A DNA stretch of 64,000 nucleotides from NCBI GenBank assembly GCA_001244265.2, contig LN717261.1, positions 806,001 to 870,000 of the forward strand, read 5' to 3'. A program made the position numbers and the translations under genes. The notes below the pieces were generated by a model, which made no database searches, was not told the origin of the DNA, and saw only the letters and a program-made list of their open reading frames with translations. This DNA is from Microbotryum violaceum. Lineage: Eukaryota. Shown piece after piece: positions 1 to 13,164 of the stretch (its first letter is position 1; each line of letters begins with the position of its first letter).

Positions 1-80
1 CGATTGACCTTTAGCGACCCACTATCTCACAATAGGTCATCTATCGACGCCACGTAACTAGAGACGCTCCTACAACAACA
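1..80 (+). mobile_element. 3' end of a Ty1/Copia LTR, same family as the element at 45026-49899
   Basis: 1-80 is the reverse complement of 45026-45105 with 2 mismatches and ends in ...acaaca. The rest of the element lies left of the window. Confidence 0.95.
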
Positions 81-3000
81 GCAAGACCCGATTGTCGCGA
101 AAGTAGGTGTTGTGAGCGTCGGTAGGCCATCCCGAATTGCCTTCGACTAGCCGGTCGTCAATCGTTTCCGAGAGCCTCGCTTTCATCTGAGGAGTCTGGA
201 TGCCAAGTTGTTAGAAGTGGGGTCTGAGAGCCTAACTCATTGCTATTAGTCTTGGTTAATACTTTATTCTGCGCGCGCACCTATCTTTGTCTTTGCGTCT
301 TTTTTCCTTCTGGGTTCCTTCTCCACGCTATTCTCATCATCTCACTCGTGTATCTCGGAGCTGAGTCGTGGAGTACCTCTTAGTCCTTGTTGCAACACAA
401 ATGACGTCTCAGAGTTGGTTAACAAATTGGAGGTGTTCTTCGACTTCGACCGCGACCCATCGTTCCTGGGTTGCTTCCGAGGGTCTGGATTGTGTATTTG
501 CTCGGCAAGTGGCTGCCCTTGGCGCTGTCTCGGTATTTCGATGTATGCGAGGCAACCGGCATTGGCAACAGCTTCAATAGCTGACATCAACGTGTCGGGC
601 AGGGCTCCATTACGCTTAATGTGGCCCACTCTTGGTGCGTATCTCGAGATTGATCGAGTGCTGTCGAATACAGGGCAAATCTCAGAGGTGGACGGCCGAT
701 GACGAGGGTCCTGCGGAAATGCGGTCATTTGTCCCATGCGCAGCTCGGCCGCCGATGCTTGTGGAGCGGCTTTACGCAATTGTTGCAGCTCTTCCAGATG
801 TTGCGGGGACGGACGCGACACCGGAGGCGGAGGATGCAAATGATACCCTGAATGCCAGATATATATTTCCCCCGGGCATTCCTCACGCTGCCCTCGGGCA
901 ATCGTAGCGGAGCACAGGATGTGCCTCATCGGTCCGTTACAGCTTGTGATTGGACACGGCGGTAACTCGTCTGAAGGCCTCTCAACGTTTGGAGCGAGGT
1001 GCTTGCGGGTTGCAGCCTTCTTTGCAGCCTTCTTGGGGCGTCCTGTGACGAGCTGTGGAGTCTCCTCCTGAAACAACTTCGACCTACTCGCTGTCGACAG
1101 CAATGTGTGAGGTCGACGCTTGCCAGGGCATGATTGATCACAACAGACGAACACGCCCATGCAACGTCTTTTGCTGTACTTGCTGTACTCGACGTTTGCA
1201 TCCAAACGCGGGCCTTTCCATCGCCCTTTTGAATCGGTTCGAGATGATGACGCCGAGAAAGCCCACATGTGTGACAAGCCACCGCCCGAGCCTGGATCCA
1301 TACAAACAATGAGGACGTCGCCCCAAGTCCCGTTGGGCCACCAAGGATCAAGAACAATCTCTTGTGAGTATGCTTCGAGCATCAGGTCCGTCATTGTTGT
1401 CCTTCCTTCACTATATGTTGGTAGATTCGCATGATCTTCACTGTTGACGAGCTTGTCATCCGTTGAATCTGGTTCGGTGTTCGGACGTTGATTGCCGGAG
1501 ATCCTGTCGCTTGGAGATGCTTCACGCTTTTCCCTGACAAGCAAGTCGTGCTTGGAAGCAAAAGGTGCGCCACTTGGAACAGGGGCATCTACCCGGCCTT
1601 GAGGTTTTGTAGTGATATTTACGAATGGGAGTCGAGCCTTGATGTGCTCGTAGACCTGTGACGTTTGCAATCAAGAGTCAGCTCAGCGACTAAAGCTCAA
1701 CGACGTAGAATCCGTCAACTCATGAAGCTATGCGCACTCTCAAGGTAATGGCTGCTTCTGCTGGCAACGAGTCGATGTCGAGTACGAAGCCGGTCAACCC
1801 GAGAACCTGGTCCGAAGAGTCGGTCGCAGCAGTAAATGCTGCGAGTTGGTCTTACCGGCAGGAGGCAAGACATGGAGTCGAGTGAGTAGATGACGTAGCC
1901 GCGTCGTCGACCACCCAGTAGTCGAAGCAGGAGTCCTCTGTACAAAGGCACAGATAAGTCGCCGAATTAAACGGTTAGTAACTGGCTGAGTGGCCTGTCA
2001 ACATTGCTTGGGAACCGATCTAATCTTGTCTTGCATACCTTGGAGAGCCAGGCCAGTTAGCTCAGCAACCTCTTCCCAAATTTCTCGTAGATAGACGAAA
2101 CAATGTCCTGTTTCCGTGAAGTTGATGGGCACCAACAGCGTAAATATCATCGGCACGTTAGTCGCCAAGAGAGGTTTCAAGGACAACCTCAGAGTTGACC
2201 ATCAACACTAAGAAAGGAAAGCGGACAATATCAGTTTTCAGTGAAGCCGTTTGTTAAGCAGGCTAGGAGAGCGCATGTTGATGTAAAAGTGCACCACCTA
2301 TAGAGGTGGCAGCGGTAGGATGATACTCATGTCAGAACCGATCAGAACCGATAGTTGAGGAACAAGTGATCGAAGAAAAGATAAACCAGGGAGTCTGCTT
2401 TGCGAAGTCATAGGCCCACGCGCAAGACTATAATCCACTCAGACACTAAGTCTAATCCACTGCCTTAAAACCAATCGAGCCTCCGGGCGCGCGCCTCGCC
2501 TCGTGACCGATGGCCTACCATCTAGACAACACATGTGGCGTACCTTCAAGCTTAAGAGTCGTAGGTTGATGCTTGGGAAGAGTGGAGCTGTCCTTTGGAA
2601 TAGCCTTGGGTTGTGAAACGCTTAGACGGGAGAGGTTCGGAGCTAAGGCTGGTGAAAGCGAGCCGACTTGAAGGGTAGAAGCGGAATTCACACTCTCAAC
2701 ACTGCTTTGACTGCGCAGCGACGGCCAACCGGGATCGCTGTTCTGGGAGCACAGGAGAGGCATTGTTGAATTCTCTTGCTTGATGGTGTGGTGGAAGGGA
2801 GTGTCGTGGGCGAGCCGAGTGGAACAAGGTGAGTCATTGTCACAGTCGTCCTGATGATCGTTGTGCTTATCGTCCACATAATTGTCACAGTTCTCCTCGC
2901 AGTCCTCTGCGGACTTGATGCGATTAGGCAAGTCGCTTGTACGATCGGTGATAGGAAATTCTCCTGTTAGAGTCGGGGATTTCGATAGCCGCGGTGCGGA

Positions 3001-3258
3001 CACCGTGCAGGTCAATGCTTCAGCTTGAAGGTCGCCAGAATCGTCCTGAGGATGCGCTGAGTTTGCCGACTCGGGGACCGACTGGCCGTTTCCTTTCCTG
3101 ATTTGACGATTGATTACTACCGTTGATTGGCGTTTGATGCTTGGGACTTTGAATCTCGACTTGGGAGTCCGCCATTGGGGCCGGTCTCCAGCTCCAGAAC
3201 GAGTCCGAGTCCAGGGCCCGGCGTCACGGTCGGGAAGTTGGCGGTTCCGCAATCTCAT
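81..3258 (-). mobile_element. Multi-exon GCM-like zinc-domain protein, probable DNA transposase, interrupted by the Copia LTR
   Basis: ORF 342-1670 has KRRCMGVFVC..C...RP, CP...CNGPM.HI.C and IYIWHSGYHLHPPP, matching the GCM Cys/His pattern. My translation of ~250-81 reads GWPTDAHNTYFRDNRVL into the LTR, resembling a first catalytic-Asp strand. The S/P-rich ORF at 2515-3372 is the likely N-terminus. Confidence 0.6.
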
Positions 3259-3448
3259 TGATGAAATATTTGAGTCCGTGCCTCCTGGCACAAAGCTGGA
3301 GGTCGCAATTGGCTGGTTCGCAAAAGTCAAACAGTGCCACGGTGTTGACGTCGATGGGCGGTGTGGGGACAATTAGGTGAACAAATGTGAACAAAGGCTT
3401 CGAGCTGAGTGCGCCTCCTGTCGTTCCACATGTCACGTGCGCGCGCGG

Positions 3449-3705
3449 TCGTATCCTTACACATGTTGACACATGTAAGGATACGAGGGTGCGGTAAGGA
3501 CACAGAAATTTTGAATCACTACAAGTCTTGCAATACACATGCTATCGTGTAGTCCTTGCAGACACCATTCAGAAATAGTTATATGTTGATGTTACAATGC
3601 CAAGATGAACAGATTTGGTTGTGTATTGACCTTAACTCATGTGTAAGGATATATCCTTACATGTAGACAAGCCGCTTGCGCCCGACCTGACGTTCCTTAG
3701 AGGCT
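3449..3705. repeat. Palindromic subterminal motifs plus a 31-bp terminal-inverted-repeat (TIR)-like sequence
   Basis: 13-bp inverted arms at 3449-3461 and 3474-3486. Perfect 20-bp palindrome TGTAAGGATATATCCTTACA at 3642-3661. 3675-3705 matches the reverse complement of 16313-16343 at 30/31. Confidence 0.85.
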
Positions 3706-4052
3706 CAGCGCTCAGCCACTCAACGCCTCCCGAGGGTTGAACCACCCCAGAGTTGGAGGATTTTTTTTTCTCGCGGGTAGTCTCGTGTGATTTTTATTTT
3801 TTTCCCTGCGCGCGCGCGCGATTCTCGTGTCCACAAAGGCGCCTCATAAAAAGAATGGGGGGGGGGAGAGAAAAAAAAAAGAAAAAAAAGGGAGGGAAAC
3901 AAAAAAAAGGGGGGGGGGGAAGGAGAAGAGGGAGGGAAGAGAAAGAAAGAGAAGAAGAAAAAGAGGGAGCTCAAGGGGAAGGTGAAAAGGAGAAAGAGAG
4001 GAAGTGGTACGGAACAATTCATTTTGACGCCATACATCATATTACGCAGGTA

Positions 4053-7000
4053 TTATGAAGCTACAAAGTTGTGACACTTCTTTTGATGCCGAGCTCGGCC
4101 ATTCATCTCAGCCCTTGTCAGTCCTCTACAGAACCTTCGTGATTGTGGGTCGTTCGGATCCATCTCGTCTGTCAGCCCGAAAGGCTTCCCGCAGTCCAAG
4201 CACGCCCCGTCACACTCAGTCACCGATCCGTCATCGCTTAGTTTTGACCCCTTGCGTCGACAAGTAGTTTGACCACAGAATCGACGGTGCCTTGCCCCTT
4301 TTGTGGTACCCGCGCGCGTCAAAGCGCGGCTTGTGCCCAAGTCCGCGCTTGAACCAGCGTCGCTCGAGGCAGTTGCAACAAAGGGGCGAATGGATGACGT
4401 TGGAGGATCTGAGGCATCGACTTCTACCTCCATAAGCCTCCCCAAGACTGGCGGTTTGTGACCGAGTAATGGCTTAGCCGCTAGCATGCTAACATCACGA
4501 CCGCGGGAGGGGTTGGTAAGCAAAGCTTGAATCACTCTGACGTCGTTTCCACCCATGTTCATTGTGGCTTGAGCATTTGCCAGCGATGACCATCTCGATG
4601 CCCATGTATTGATGTGCTCTGGCATCTGTGTGATATTTGCGCTTCAGCTCAACATCACCATTCAGTGTGACACAGACGCGACATACTTTGTATACTCCGT
4701 TGGCATACTTGTTCCAAAGCTCGGTAATCTCCAATATCCGAGAATTTTGAGGAGCTCCCAGTCGTACCTTGCTTGAGAGATATCTGTATAGCGCTCGTTC
4801 GCTGGGTGTATGGACATGTAATACAGCGAATCGAGTACCCTGACGTTCCGCTAGCCAGTCGTGGCGAAGCTTGCGATCGGTTAGCAGCCGGCTTTGCATA
4901 TGCTGTATCGCCGACGTATTGATTTGCAGTAAGTTCCGTGGCGACCACTTGACGGGCTCCAAACGCAGAGTCCCGCGCTCGACGTGATAGGGCTCGATCA
5001 AAAAGCGCATTTGCGCTGTTGGCGACTGAACAGGTACGATGCCGAATGTTTCGGTGGATGGGGTGTAGAGCAGCGGGTTGACTATATCTGACACAGTGGT
5101 TGAGTGCCGTGGGAGAAATGCCGAGGTCTTGCGCCTTAGACGATGTAATTTCAGAGTGAGCCAGAGGTCCTAGTGCCCCACAAATGGTTTTCCGGTACGA
5201 TTGAACGTCCCAACCTGCGAATGCAAGGGATAGTGGGTGAGAAAGGTTGCCGCTTCTTCGAATCGCGATGGTGAAGTTGGACTGACCGTGAGATTGTGCA
5301 CTAGCACGTAGTCAGCCAAGCACGCATTGGCATGGCACGGAGAAACACCCGACATTGGAAACCGTTGGCGAAGGTTCCGGTGGATGCCTTCTTCGAGACT
5401 GTTGGTGCCGCGCTGGCAGGAATATAAACGGACACCGTCATCCGCCTTTCCATCGGGCCCTCCGCAAGGCCCAAGGTCGGTGTACAGCTCGATGCCAACT
5501 GGATCCGAGACTTGGCCTTTCCGAATCGCCTCAAGACATCTCTTCGCTGCCTTGTGCGCCGCTTCGTTGAAAAGTGGTTGCTTCGACTTCGCATCAACCG
5601 AGCTTCTCAAAGACCTCCCGGACCAAAGGCTCGAGAATGCCTGGCGGAGGGATCCATCGACGAACGCGTCTCCAAAGCTTCTTATTCCATACCGGCGAGC
5701 GGACCGCTTCTTCCCACGTCATTCCGAGTTTTGCTAGGCGAGCCTCCATCAGGAGTCGATCATCCGCATTCGGAATGAAAACCGCATCGGAGAAGGCGCG
5801 AGCAAAGGCTTGGCAGCACCATGTTTTTTGGACACATAGATCCGGTCAAAGAAATGCCAGAGATCGATTAGAATTTGCACAGCGGTATCGTCTGAGGAAG
5901 GGACTAGTGGAAGGGGATAGTTCGAGATACATACATCTGCTCCAGCCCCGGCGCCAGGACTGGGGCAAGTCTGTAGTAACTGACCTTTGATTGTTGCAGC
6001 CTTGCCCCAGATAGCTTTGCCAGCTGCTTCAGTCTTCTTGCAACGATCCAGTTGGAGGGCTTGTGCGATCTCTGCAGGCCCAACCATTTCACTGTCCTTA
6101 TCGTGATCGTCTATTTGTGCGTCCACATCATCTGTGCGATCGCTTTCGTTGGCGGTGGCAGAAACGGCAGCGTCGGAGGGCTTTTCTTGGATAAAAATCT
6201 CCGAGGCGTGATGCGAATCATGCGTAGCCGAAACGTTTGACGTCCACTGTGCTTCGGTCGGAACGGGCGCATCATCCAAGTCGACGACGAGAGCGCTAAG
6301 CTCGAGTACCAGAGAGAAGGAGTCTGCGGATTCTTGAACTGCGTTCGTGTCCTCGGCTGCCCGATGGTTTGAAGTCGCTTTCAAGTCGGCCAGGCTCTGT
6401 GGCGTGAAAGATCCGTTTTGATGAAAGTTGTACTCAGGAACCAGTGCGCCAGGGGTCAAGATCTGTGTGATGGCGATAATAGCGCGCGATTTGTCCCACT
6501 TGAAGCCATGGAAACTGGACGGTGGTTGGCAGGAAGAGTCAATTGATGAATCGACGGACTGGATTACACCGCGAGCGATCGGCCAGCCAGACTCGTACAT
6601 GACGGCGACTTGAGTGCCCACTCGTGGATTGGCGATCTTCGAAACAGGCCGCGAATGTGGCTCGGAAATCTTGTGGTAAAGACGCAGCGAAGCGTATGCG
6701 TCAAGCGCGGCATAGTCCACAAAGTGTTGGGGAAGCGACTCGTCGGCCCATTGCATAGATCGGCGGATGTTGTTATTCTTGGGTAAGTGTTTCAACAAGA
6801 AGCGTTCGCACAACCCGGCCAATGTCCGATGTCCGGGTCCTTTCTTCACTGAGTGACCTTGGCTGGCGGCGTGCTTAACCAACTCGAGACCGCCATGATG
6901 TCGAAGTGCTGGAGCGACGGCCACTGGATCCTCATCGGCTTCGTCCACGTTCCACATTTCCGCATGTGCGATGGCGTTGGCGATGCGTTTCAAGTCACCC

Positions 7001-9788
7001 GCTACGCCGACTCCGACCTTGACAATGTCGCTGCGCTGGAGGAATAGGACGAGCGGGTCGGGCAATCGGCCTTTGGCACATTTGCCGATGATTAAGGATA
7101 GCTGCCGCAAAGATGAAACAGAAAGTCAGTGAGAAAAAGAAATCCAGAGTCCGAAGCAGCAGATGACATACTTGTATCACATGAATGAAAAGTTCCCCCT
7201 CGAGTGATTCCCAGGCGAATTGCAACACATCGACCGCTATCCGAGGTGGCTGTTGGCGGGCTTGCTGACCCGCACCGGGGGGAGCGTTGCCCATTCTGCG
7301 TCGACACCGACCACTAGTTTCCCTTCTGGGGGGATGTTGTCCGCCATGACTTTCATCAGACGAGTCAAAGCGTACGGTGATTGCACCAAGGTCGGCGTTA
7401 TCCCCAGTGGCAACTTGAGAATGTCGTATTCAGAGGCAGAGTGCGACTGGACCCGTGGCGCGAGCGACGGAATCTTGCTCCTCAAGAAAGGGCCATCGGT
7501 GTCGGGTTGATCTGTGTAACAGATCGTGGGTGCCTCGTTACAATACAACTCTAGATGCTTGGTCATCGCTTCGAGCGAGGTCTCGAATGCCGAGTGGCCC
7601 TTTGTTGAGGTAAGCACGTGGGCGCGCACTTCGCCATATTCATTCCCGACCATGAGCAGTGCGATGAAGGGGGGAACCCCTTCAACCTTGGCAATCTGCT
7701 TCGGGACCGGCAACGATCGGGCTCGGGGCATTAGCTGCTTGCGCTACTAGCAAAGGGCAAGCACGGTTGGTGTTGTAAAGCTAACGTTACCTTGTAACTG
7801 TGATCGATGGTCATAATACTGCAGGGCTTTAGTGATTCAGCATGATTGAGAAGCGTTTCTTGTCTGAAAGACCAGCAGAACATGATCAGTAAACACGACA
7901 TCTACGTAACGTTACAGCCAACCAAGCACTCACTTTCTCATCACGGAATCATAGAACTCCTGAAGAACCTGAGAATTCGGTACGTGGCCGCAATTACCCG
8001 TCGGATCTTCCCAGTCTCCGAGAGCAGGATACAAGCTAGTTGATGGCAAGTCAGCCTCACGCGCCAAGATTGCCGATCGATAGTCCACCTCGAGTCGGTC
8101 ATGAGCGGCGCGATGTGCCGTGACCAATAGGTTCGCAAATTGCTTCGAACCCAATCCGAATTGGAAGGTTCCTCGCATGAGGTTCCAGACAACCGAGGTG
8201 ATTGCGCATCGATATGACAAGTGGAAAGGGAACATCGAATGAAGGGACGACGACAGTTGATCGAGCACCTCGGGCGACCAAGACCGGTATCGTTTATTGC
8301 ACTGCTTATTGTTACATCGATACGAGACCCCAATGAGGATCACCGAGTTGTTGAGATCGCATGCTCGACGAGGCCTGCCAAGAAAGCTGTCTCGTCGCAA
8401 TACGCCTTTCTTCAGAGTCGATTCAGTTTGCTGGCATTTGTCGCACACTAAGCCGGATCCTGCCGGCTGGTCTTCTGGTTGGCCTAATAACATGAGCGGG
8501 TCCAAATAAAAAAACGGCGGGTCGAAGATCTTGAGGTTCTGCCGGGCGCACCGGGTATCGTAAATCGACTCCAGATGGTTTTAGTCGGGAGCCAGCCATG
8601 CAGCATTTGGTGGAAGGGTTTGCTGGAACGATTCGCGCCGGACCCATTTGCGTGCTTGATCGTCTCCCGACGGGAACTGTAGAGGTCGGTCAACCAGGCC
8701 GGGTGTTCCCACCGACCTTGAGCTTTAATGGAACCACCGCCATCATCTTCCTCGTCGCCATCGAACGGATCACCGCCTCCCAACGCACAAAAGCGCATCA
8801 TCATCAGTGATAATTGGTTCGCGGGGAGGAGAGGTCCGTGGATGCGCAGTTTGAAGGTTTGTGATCGCGGGGTTTGCGCTTACTTCACTCATATTCGAAC
8901 GTGGATCCGAGCCAAAAGAGTCTGAATCGTCGGGCAATGCCAATCCGACCGACGTCGGAATCGAGCGCGACGTGGGGGTGGTCGAGACTGAGGCATCGGA
9001 TGCGGAAGGTATGGCAGACGAGCCATCTGGAAACGGAGTTTGGGGTGAAGTTGTTGCCGGTGCAAAGTTGAGAGTTGTTTGAGTCTAAGATTAGGAGCCA
9101 CAGACATGCATTAGTTTAGTCAGAAGGAATACGAGCGACGGGAATGTAGCCCGGCTCACAGTGTATACTTTTGCAGGGGGAAACTGTATGGGAAGATGCA
9201 GCACATTGCCTTTCTGACGTCAATGCCACTAACAGGTTTTGACACTCATGATCCCAATGATCTATTGCAAATCGGGCTTTCACAATTGACCTGCATCCGC
9301 TGACTCTGCTCGTCTAATATGAGTTGGCGTTGAGGCGCTCGCTCGGCCTCTAGCCTAGCTTTCTCCGCTTCCTTGAGTTGTCTTGCACGTTCATCATCAA
9401 GTTCTATTTCGGCAGCTTGCTGTGCTGCTCTCTCGGACTTGGCTATGGCCGCCTCTTCCTTCTCCTCCTCCGTCTTCCTCGGACGACCCTGAGGCCTGGT
9501 CGCTGCGGGCGCCGGGACTAAGCTACGGGGTCGACCTTGTGGCTTCTTGGTCGACTGATCAATTGCAGTCGATCCTGTATCCTGTCCATCAATATGTATT
9601 GAAAGCTCATCGAAGCGGCGCTTCGCGGCCTGAACTTGACTCGGGGTGTTCACGCTGTGTAGAGTGTTGACACAGGGGCCGATCTCGTTCTGGCATGCTG
9701 TCGATGCTGTCGTAGCCGAGGTGCCGACAACTTTGTCGTCCGCGTTATCGGCGCTTCGTTTTCGAAAGAAGCGTGACAGCAGTTGCAT
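4053..9788 (-). mobile_element. Dada-like DDE transposase with a DUF6729-like N-terminal region and an inserted DEDDy (WRN/DnaQ-like) 3'-5' exonuclease; frameshifted
   Basis: PRRACDLNNSVILIGVSYRC...FPFHLSYRCAIT (DUF6729-like). D1 in TIDHSYK (~7805), NEYGEVR, D2 in CYTDQ (~7510). Exonuclease motifs VGVDAEW, VGVAGDLKRI and YAALDAYAS. DxxH in IDLWHFF (~5860), SDPVG, E in RGTNSLEEGIH (~5390). GT-AG introns plus frame changes near 8550, 5810 and 5600. Confidence 0.8.
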
Positions 9789-11189
9789 CGTAGGATATGG
9801 CACGTTGCAGCATGAAGACAAGCGGTGGCCGCATGCGGCGCGCCTGATTGCGCCAACTCAAGTGCGCCTATGGGCCGCCGTTTGGGCAACAAATGGATTT
9901 GTGCGCCCGGGGCTACTTGCGCGTTACAATTCGTTTGTACGCGCGCCGAAAATCGTGCAATTGCGCGCCAAAGGGCCTTCATACGCGCGTCATTCACTCT
10001 TGGACGCACTTTTGGTCTCTAACACGCTCTTGAACCTGCGGACTTGCGCGCTTTCCAGGAAAAACATTTGTTTCTGGCCCCTATTGGCGGTCCACGCGCG
10101 TTTCGCTCACTGTTAGACTCGCTCGCCCCGCCGTATCCGCGCACGGGGCATTACACGCGCTACAGCGCGCTCATGCGCGCGCAACCTACTCAATCTACGC
10201 GCTTTTTGGTATTTTTCCAAAATAACCGAAAGATGATTTTGATATTTTCAATTTTCATAGCTAAATTCCGAGCCCCGCACTCCCCGCTCTTTACGATTTG
10301 CGCGCCTCGGAAGCTGCTTACGCGCGCTCGCAAACAGTTCTCACGCTCGCAGAATCGGATTCGGGATCGGTGCGCCGATTTCGAATGCAGATGCGCGCGA
10401 CCGGAAACACTCACACGCTCGCGGCGCTCTGATTCGCTCGCGGCTTTTTCTACTTGCGCGACAACCGACCCCGAGGAGGATTGCCTTTTCACTCCGCGGT
10501 GTGTATCTCATTTTCATGGCAGGGGCGTTCGCTCCGATTGCTAAGTCTTGATGTACTTGTAAATAGTGACATTGCTATGGTGTATTGGGTTGGTGTGGCT
10601 GTCGAAGCGTTCGAAGCTCAGGGCTGGGCATTCCGGCTCCAAAGTTGAGATCCAGAGAGCTAAGGGCTCGTTCCAGATAATTATTTGTCGGGGTGGGCCG
10701 ACAAATCCTGCACCGGTGCTCCCGGCCAAGAGTCTTGGTATGCAGCAGCAGAATCGTAAAATCGGCACTGGAAGAGTCTCTGCATCTGCTCCAGCTTGCA
10801 TTAGGAGGGCTCAAAGAGCTCCCAGCTTGCAACGTACCTGCACCCTTGGCGGGCAACTCCCTCTCCCAAGTCGGAATGATGCCATCTGCTTTTCTCATGA
10901 TAGCAGTTGAAGGCTGTTGAGTGAAACAGAGTCGTTATGAAAGCGGGGAATAACTGGACAAGGTTGACGTGGGGGCGGTGTGTGTGTGGAAGAAGGCGGC
11001 CGCGCGAGTCCGCGCGAGTATCGCGCGTGAGCTGGTGTGTCGCGCATGAACGAGGCTAGACGAGTCGCGGGCGCGCAAAAGCGTTCGGCGGGGCGGAAAG
11101 CGCCGGCCAAAGCGCGCGGCTGCCACGGCGAACGACATGCAGCCTCTTTGGCTTCGTTCCACAACGCTTGAGCCATACTTGAAAGCACG

Positions 11190-13164
11190 ATGAGTTCGGC
11201 AGCCAACACGACGACGACGAGCACGGCTGCCTCCAAGCGAAGACGTTCTCGCGCTTCCCACCCTTTGGGCGAGGGAGAGTCAAGTGTGAGTGCTACGACG
11301 ACGGGCAACGGTCGGGGAGGAGCCGGTGGGTCGGGTCGCTTGCTCGCTTGCTCGCTTGCACGTTTCCGCGGCGGCTCGTCGTTATTTCACGCCGGCAGCG
11401 GCGCGGTGGTGACGACTGCCACGCGTCACGGCTTGGGGGAATCACCGAGTCGGCGTGCTGATGATCTGTGGCTGGCCTTCGCGATCCTATGCACATACAG
11501 CGGGAAGCATCGGCCGAGTCGAACGACGAGACGGGTCAGTCCGGCCTGGACGAGGACGACAATGCGAGTCTGTCCGCGTTCGGAGCTATTACCAAGGCCG
11601 CGTCGTCGCTGCCGGCCTCGGGGCACACACCACTTTCGACGCGCGAGTCGTTTGAGGCGCCAGGGGTTCCCGGCGCGAGGGTCACGCGAAGGACCAACGG
11701 CACCCACACCGCATCGCCCCAGCTCAACAACACCTCAAAGACCATGGTTGAGGATCCCATCGACAGTGAAGGATCGGCAGGACGTAAGTTCCACGGGACG
11801 GCTCGGGTTTGAGCCGTTGCTTCTGCGGTCCGGTGTGATTGTCCCGAACGCTTTGGAGGCCGTCTCCTTTCCCATTCGTTGACGACTGGACGATGTGTGC
11901 TGTACATTATTGACCAACCCAACTGTCATCGGTTTGAATTGCCTTCTTGTCGCGCAGACGATGGTGATATTTCGTCCGCACCGACTGCTAACCCCGTGCG
12001 AAGCTCGGGACAGCACCACTTCTACCGCGCCCCGATCGTCTCGAAATTGCAGCAGCACACCTCGCATGCGTCGACCTCGACCGACTTAGCCCCTCCTTCA
12101 CCACCGAATGGCTCACCCCGACCTGTGCAACCCTCGCGTCACCCTGGGCATTCGGGGTCGAACGAGCCACCGACGTGGGCCGCGGCCCCACAAGGATTCC
12201 TGAGTACCATGAGCGCTCAAGACATCCAGGTTGGTCCGACGAATGTCTCAACACTGATTATAGCTCTAGGTGACTGATTTGGCTTTCAAACGCAACAGCA
12301 ACATATCCAAGCTGCGATCGACGGGCAGGATGGTCGCGCCTACTCGATCAATCCACCCCCTCAAGGCAGGCCAGTGCGCATCTACGCCGATGGTGTATAC
12401 GACCTTCTGCATTGTGAGTCGGGATCACAGTCTTCGCCACACTCGATTCGAGTAGCTCATGGTCGCGTTCAATGAATAGACGGGCACATGCTCCAACTGC
12501 GGCAGTGCAAGCTCGCTTTTCCTTCGGTCCATTTGCTCGTCGGTGTCTGCTCGGACGAGATGGTGCGCAAATACAAGGCTTCGCCGGTCCTTTCGTCGCA
12601 AGAGCGTTACGAGTCGGTGCGACATTGCAAGTGGGTTGACGAGGTCGTTGAGGACGCGCCGTGGGTCATCGACGAGGCGTTCATGAAGAAGCACGAGATC
12701 GACTTTGTCGCTCACGACGAGGAGCCCTACGTCTCGGCCGACTTTGATGACGTGTACGCTTTGGCCAAGTCCAAGGGTGCGTGCGGGATACCGATCGATC
12801 GTTAAAGACGAGGTCACTGATTCGTCACTCTTTTACGTGGATTTTGAGCACACAGGCCAATTCCTCCCCACTCGCCGAACAAACGGTGTCTCGACCTCCG
12901 AGTTGCTTCAACGAATCGTCGAAGGTTACAGAGAAGGGTCAGTCAGTATGAATTGGAATCTCTATGATGAAACATCTTCCTAACGTTCACATCCGTTCCC
13001 ACAGTGATTACGATGGGAAACTGCGCAAGATCGGTCACCCGGAGCTGTGCTCGAGGCAAGGTTCGGAAGCTGGAACGGGCGGGAGTCAAATTGCCGAGCA
13101 CCACTCTTTAAAGGAGGACGTGACGATGCTGAGCGTGCCTGAGAATGCCGTTTTGGCGGTCTGA
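11190..13164 (+). CDS. PCT1: Choline-phosphate cytidylyltransferase (multi-exon)
   Basis: RPVRIYADGVYD...GHMLQLRQCK, ERYESVRHCKWVDEVVEDAPW, DFVAHDEEPY, FLPTRRTNGVSTSELLQRIV. Start codon inferred. Confidence 0.93.

Noticed and set aside
3705-3770. tRNA/snRNA target remnant at the Dada-like end (GGGTTGAACC followed by poly-T)
   Set aside because: No cloverleaf, no proper TTCGA loop and no matching half at the other end; local sequence quality is doubtful.
3720-4058. Poly-F and poly-K/G ORFs
   Set aside because: They are translations of homopolymer runs.
10480-10530. U5-like GCCTTTT and U1-like TGGCAGGGG motifs
   Set aside because: Matches are only 7-9 nt, without the flanking conserved sequence or an Sm site.
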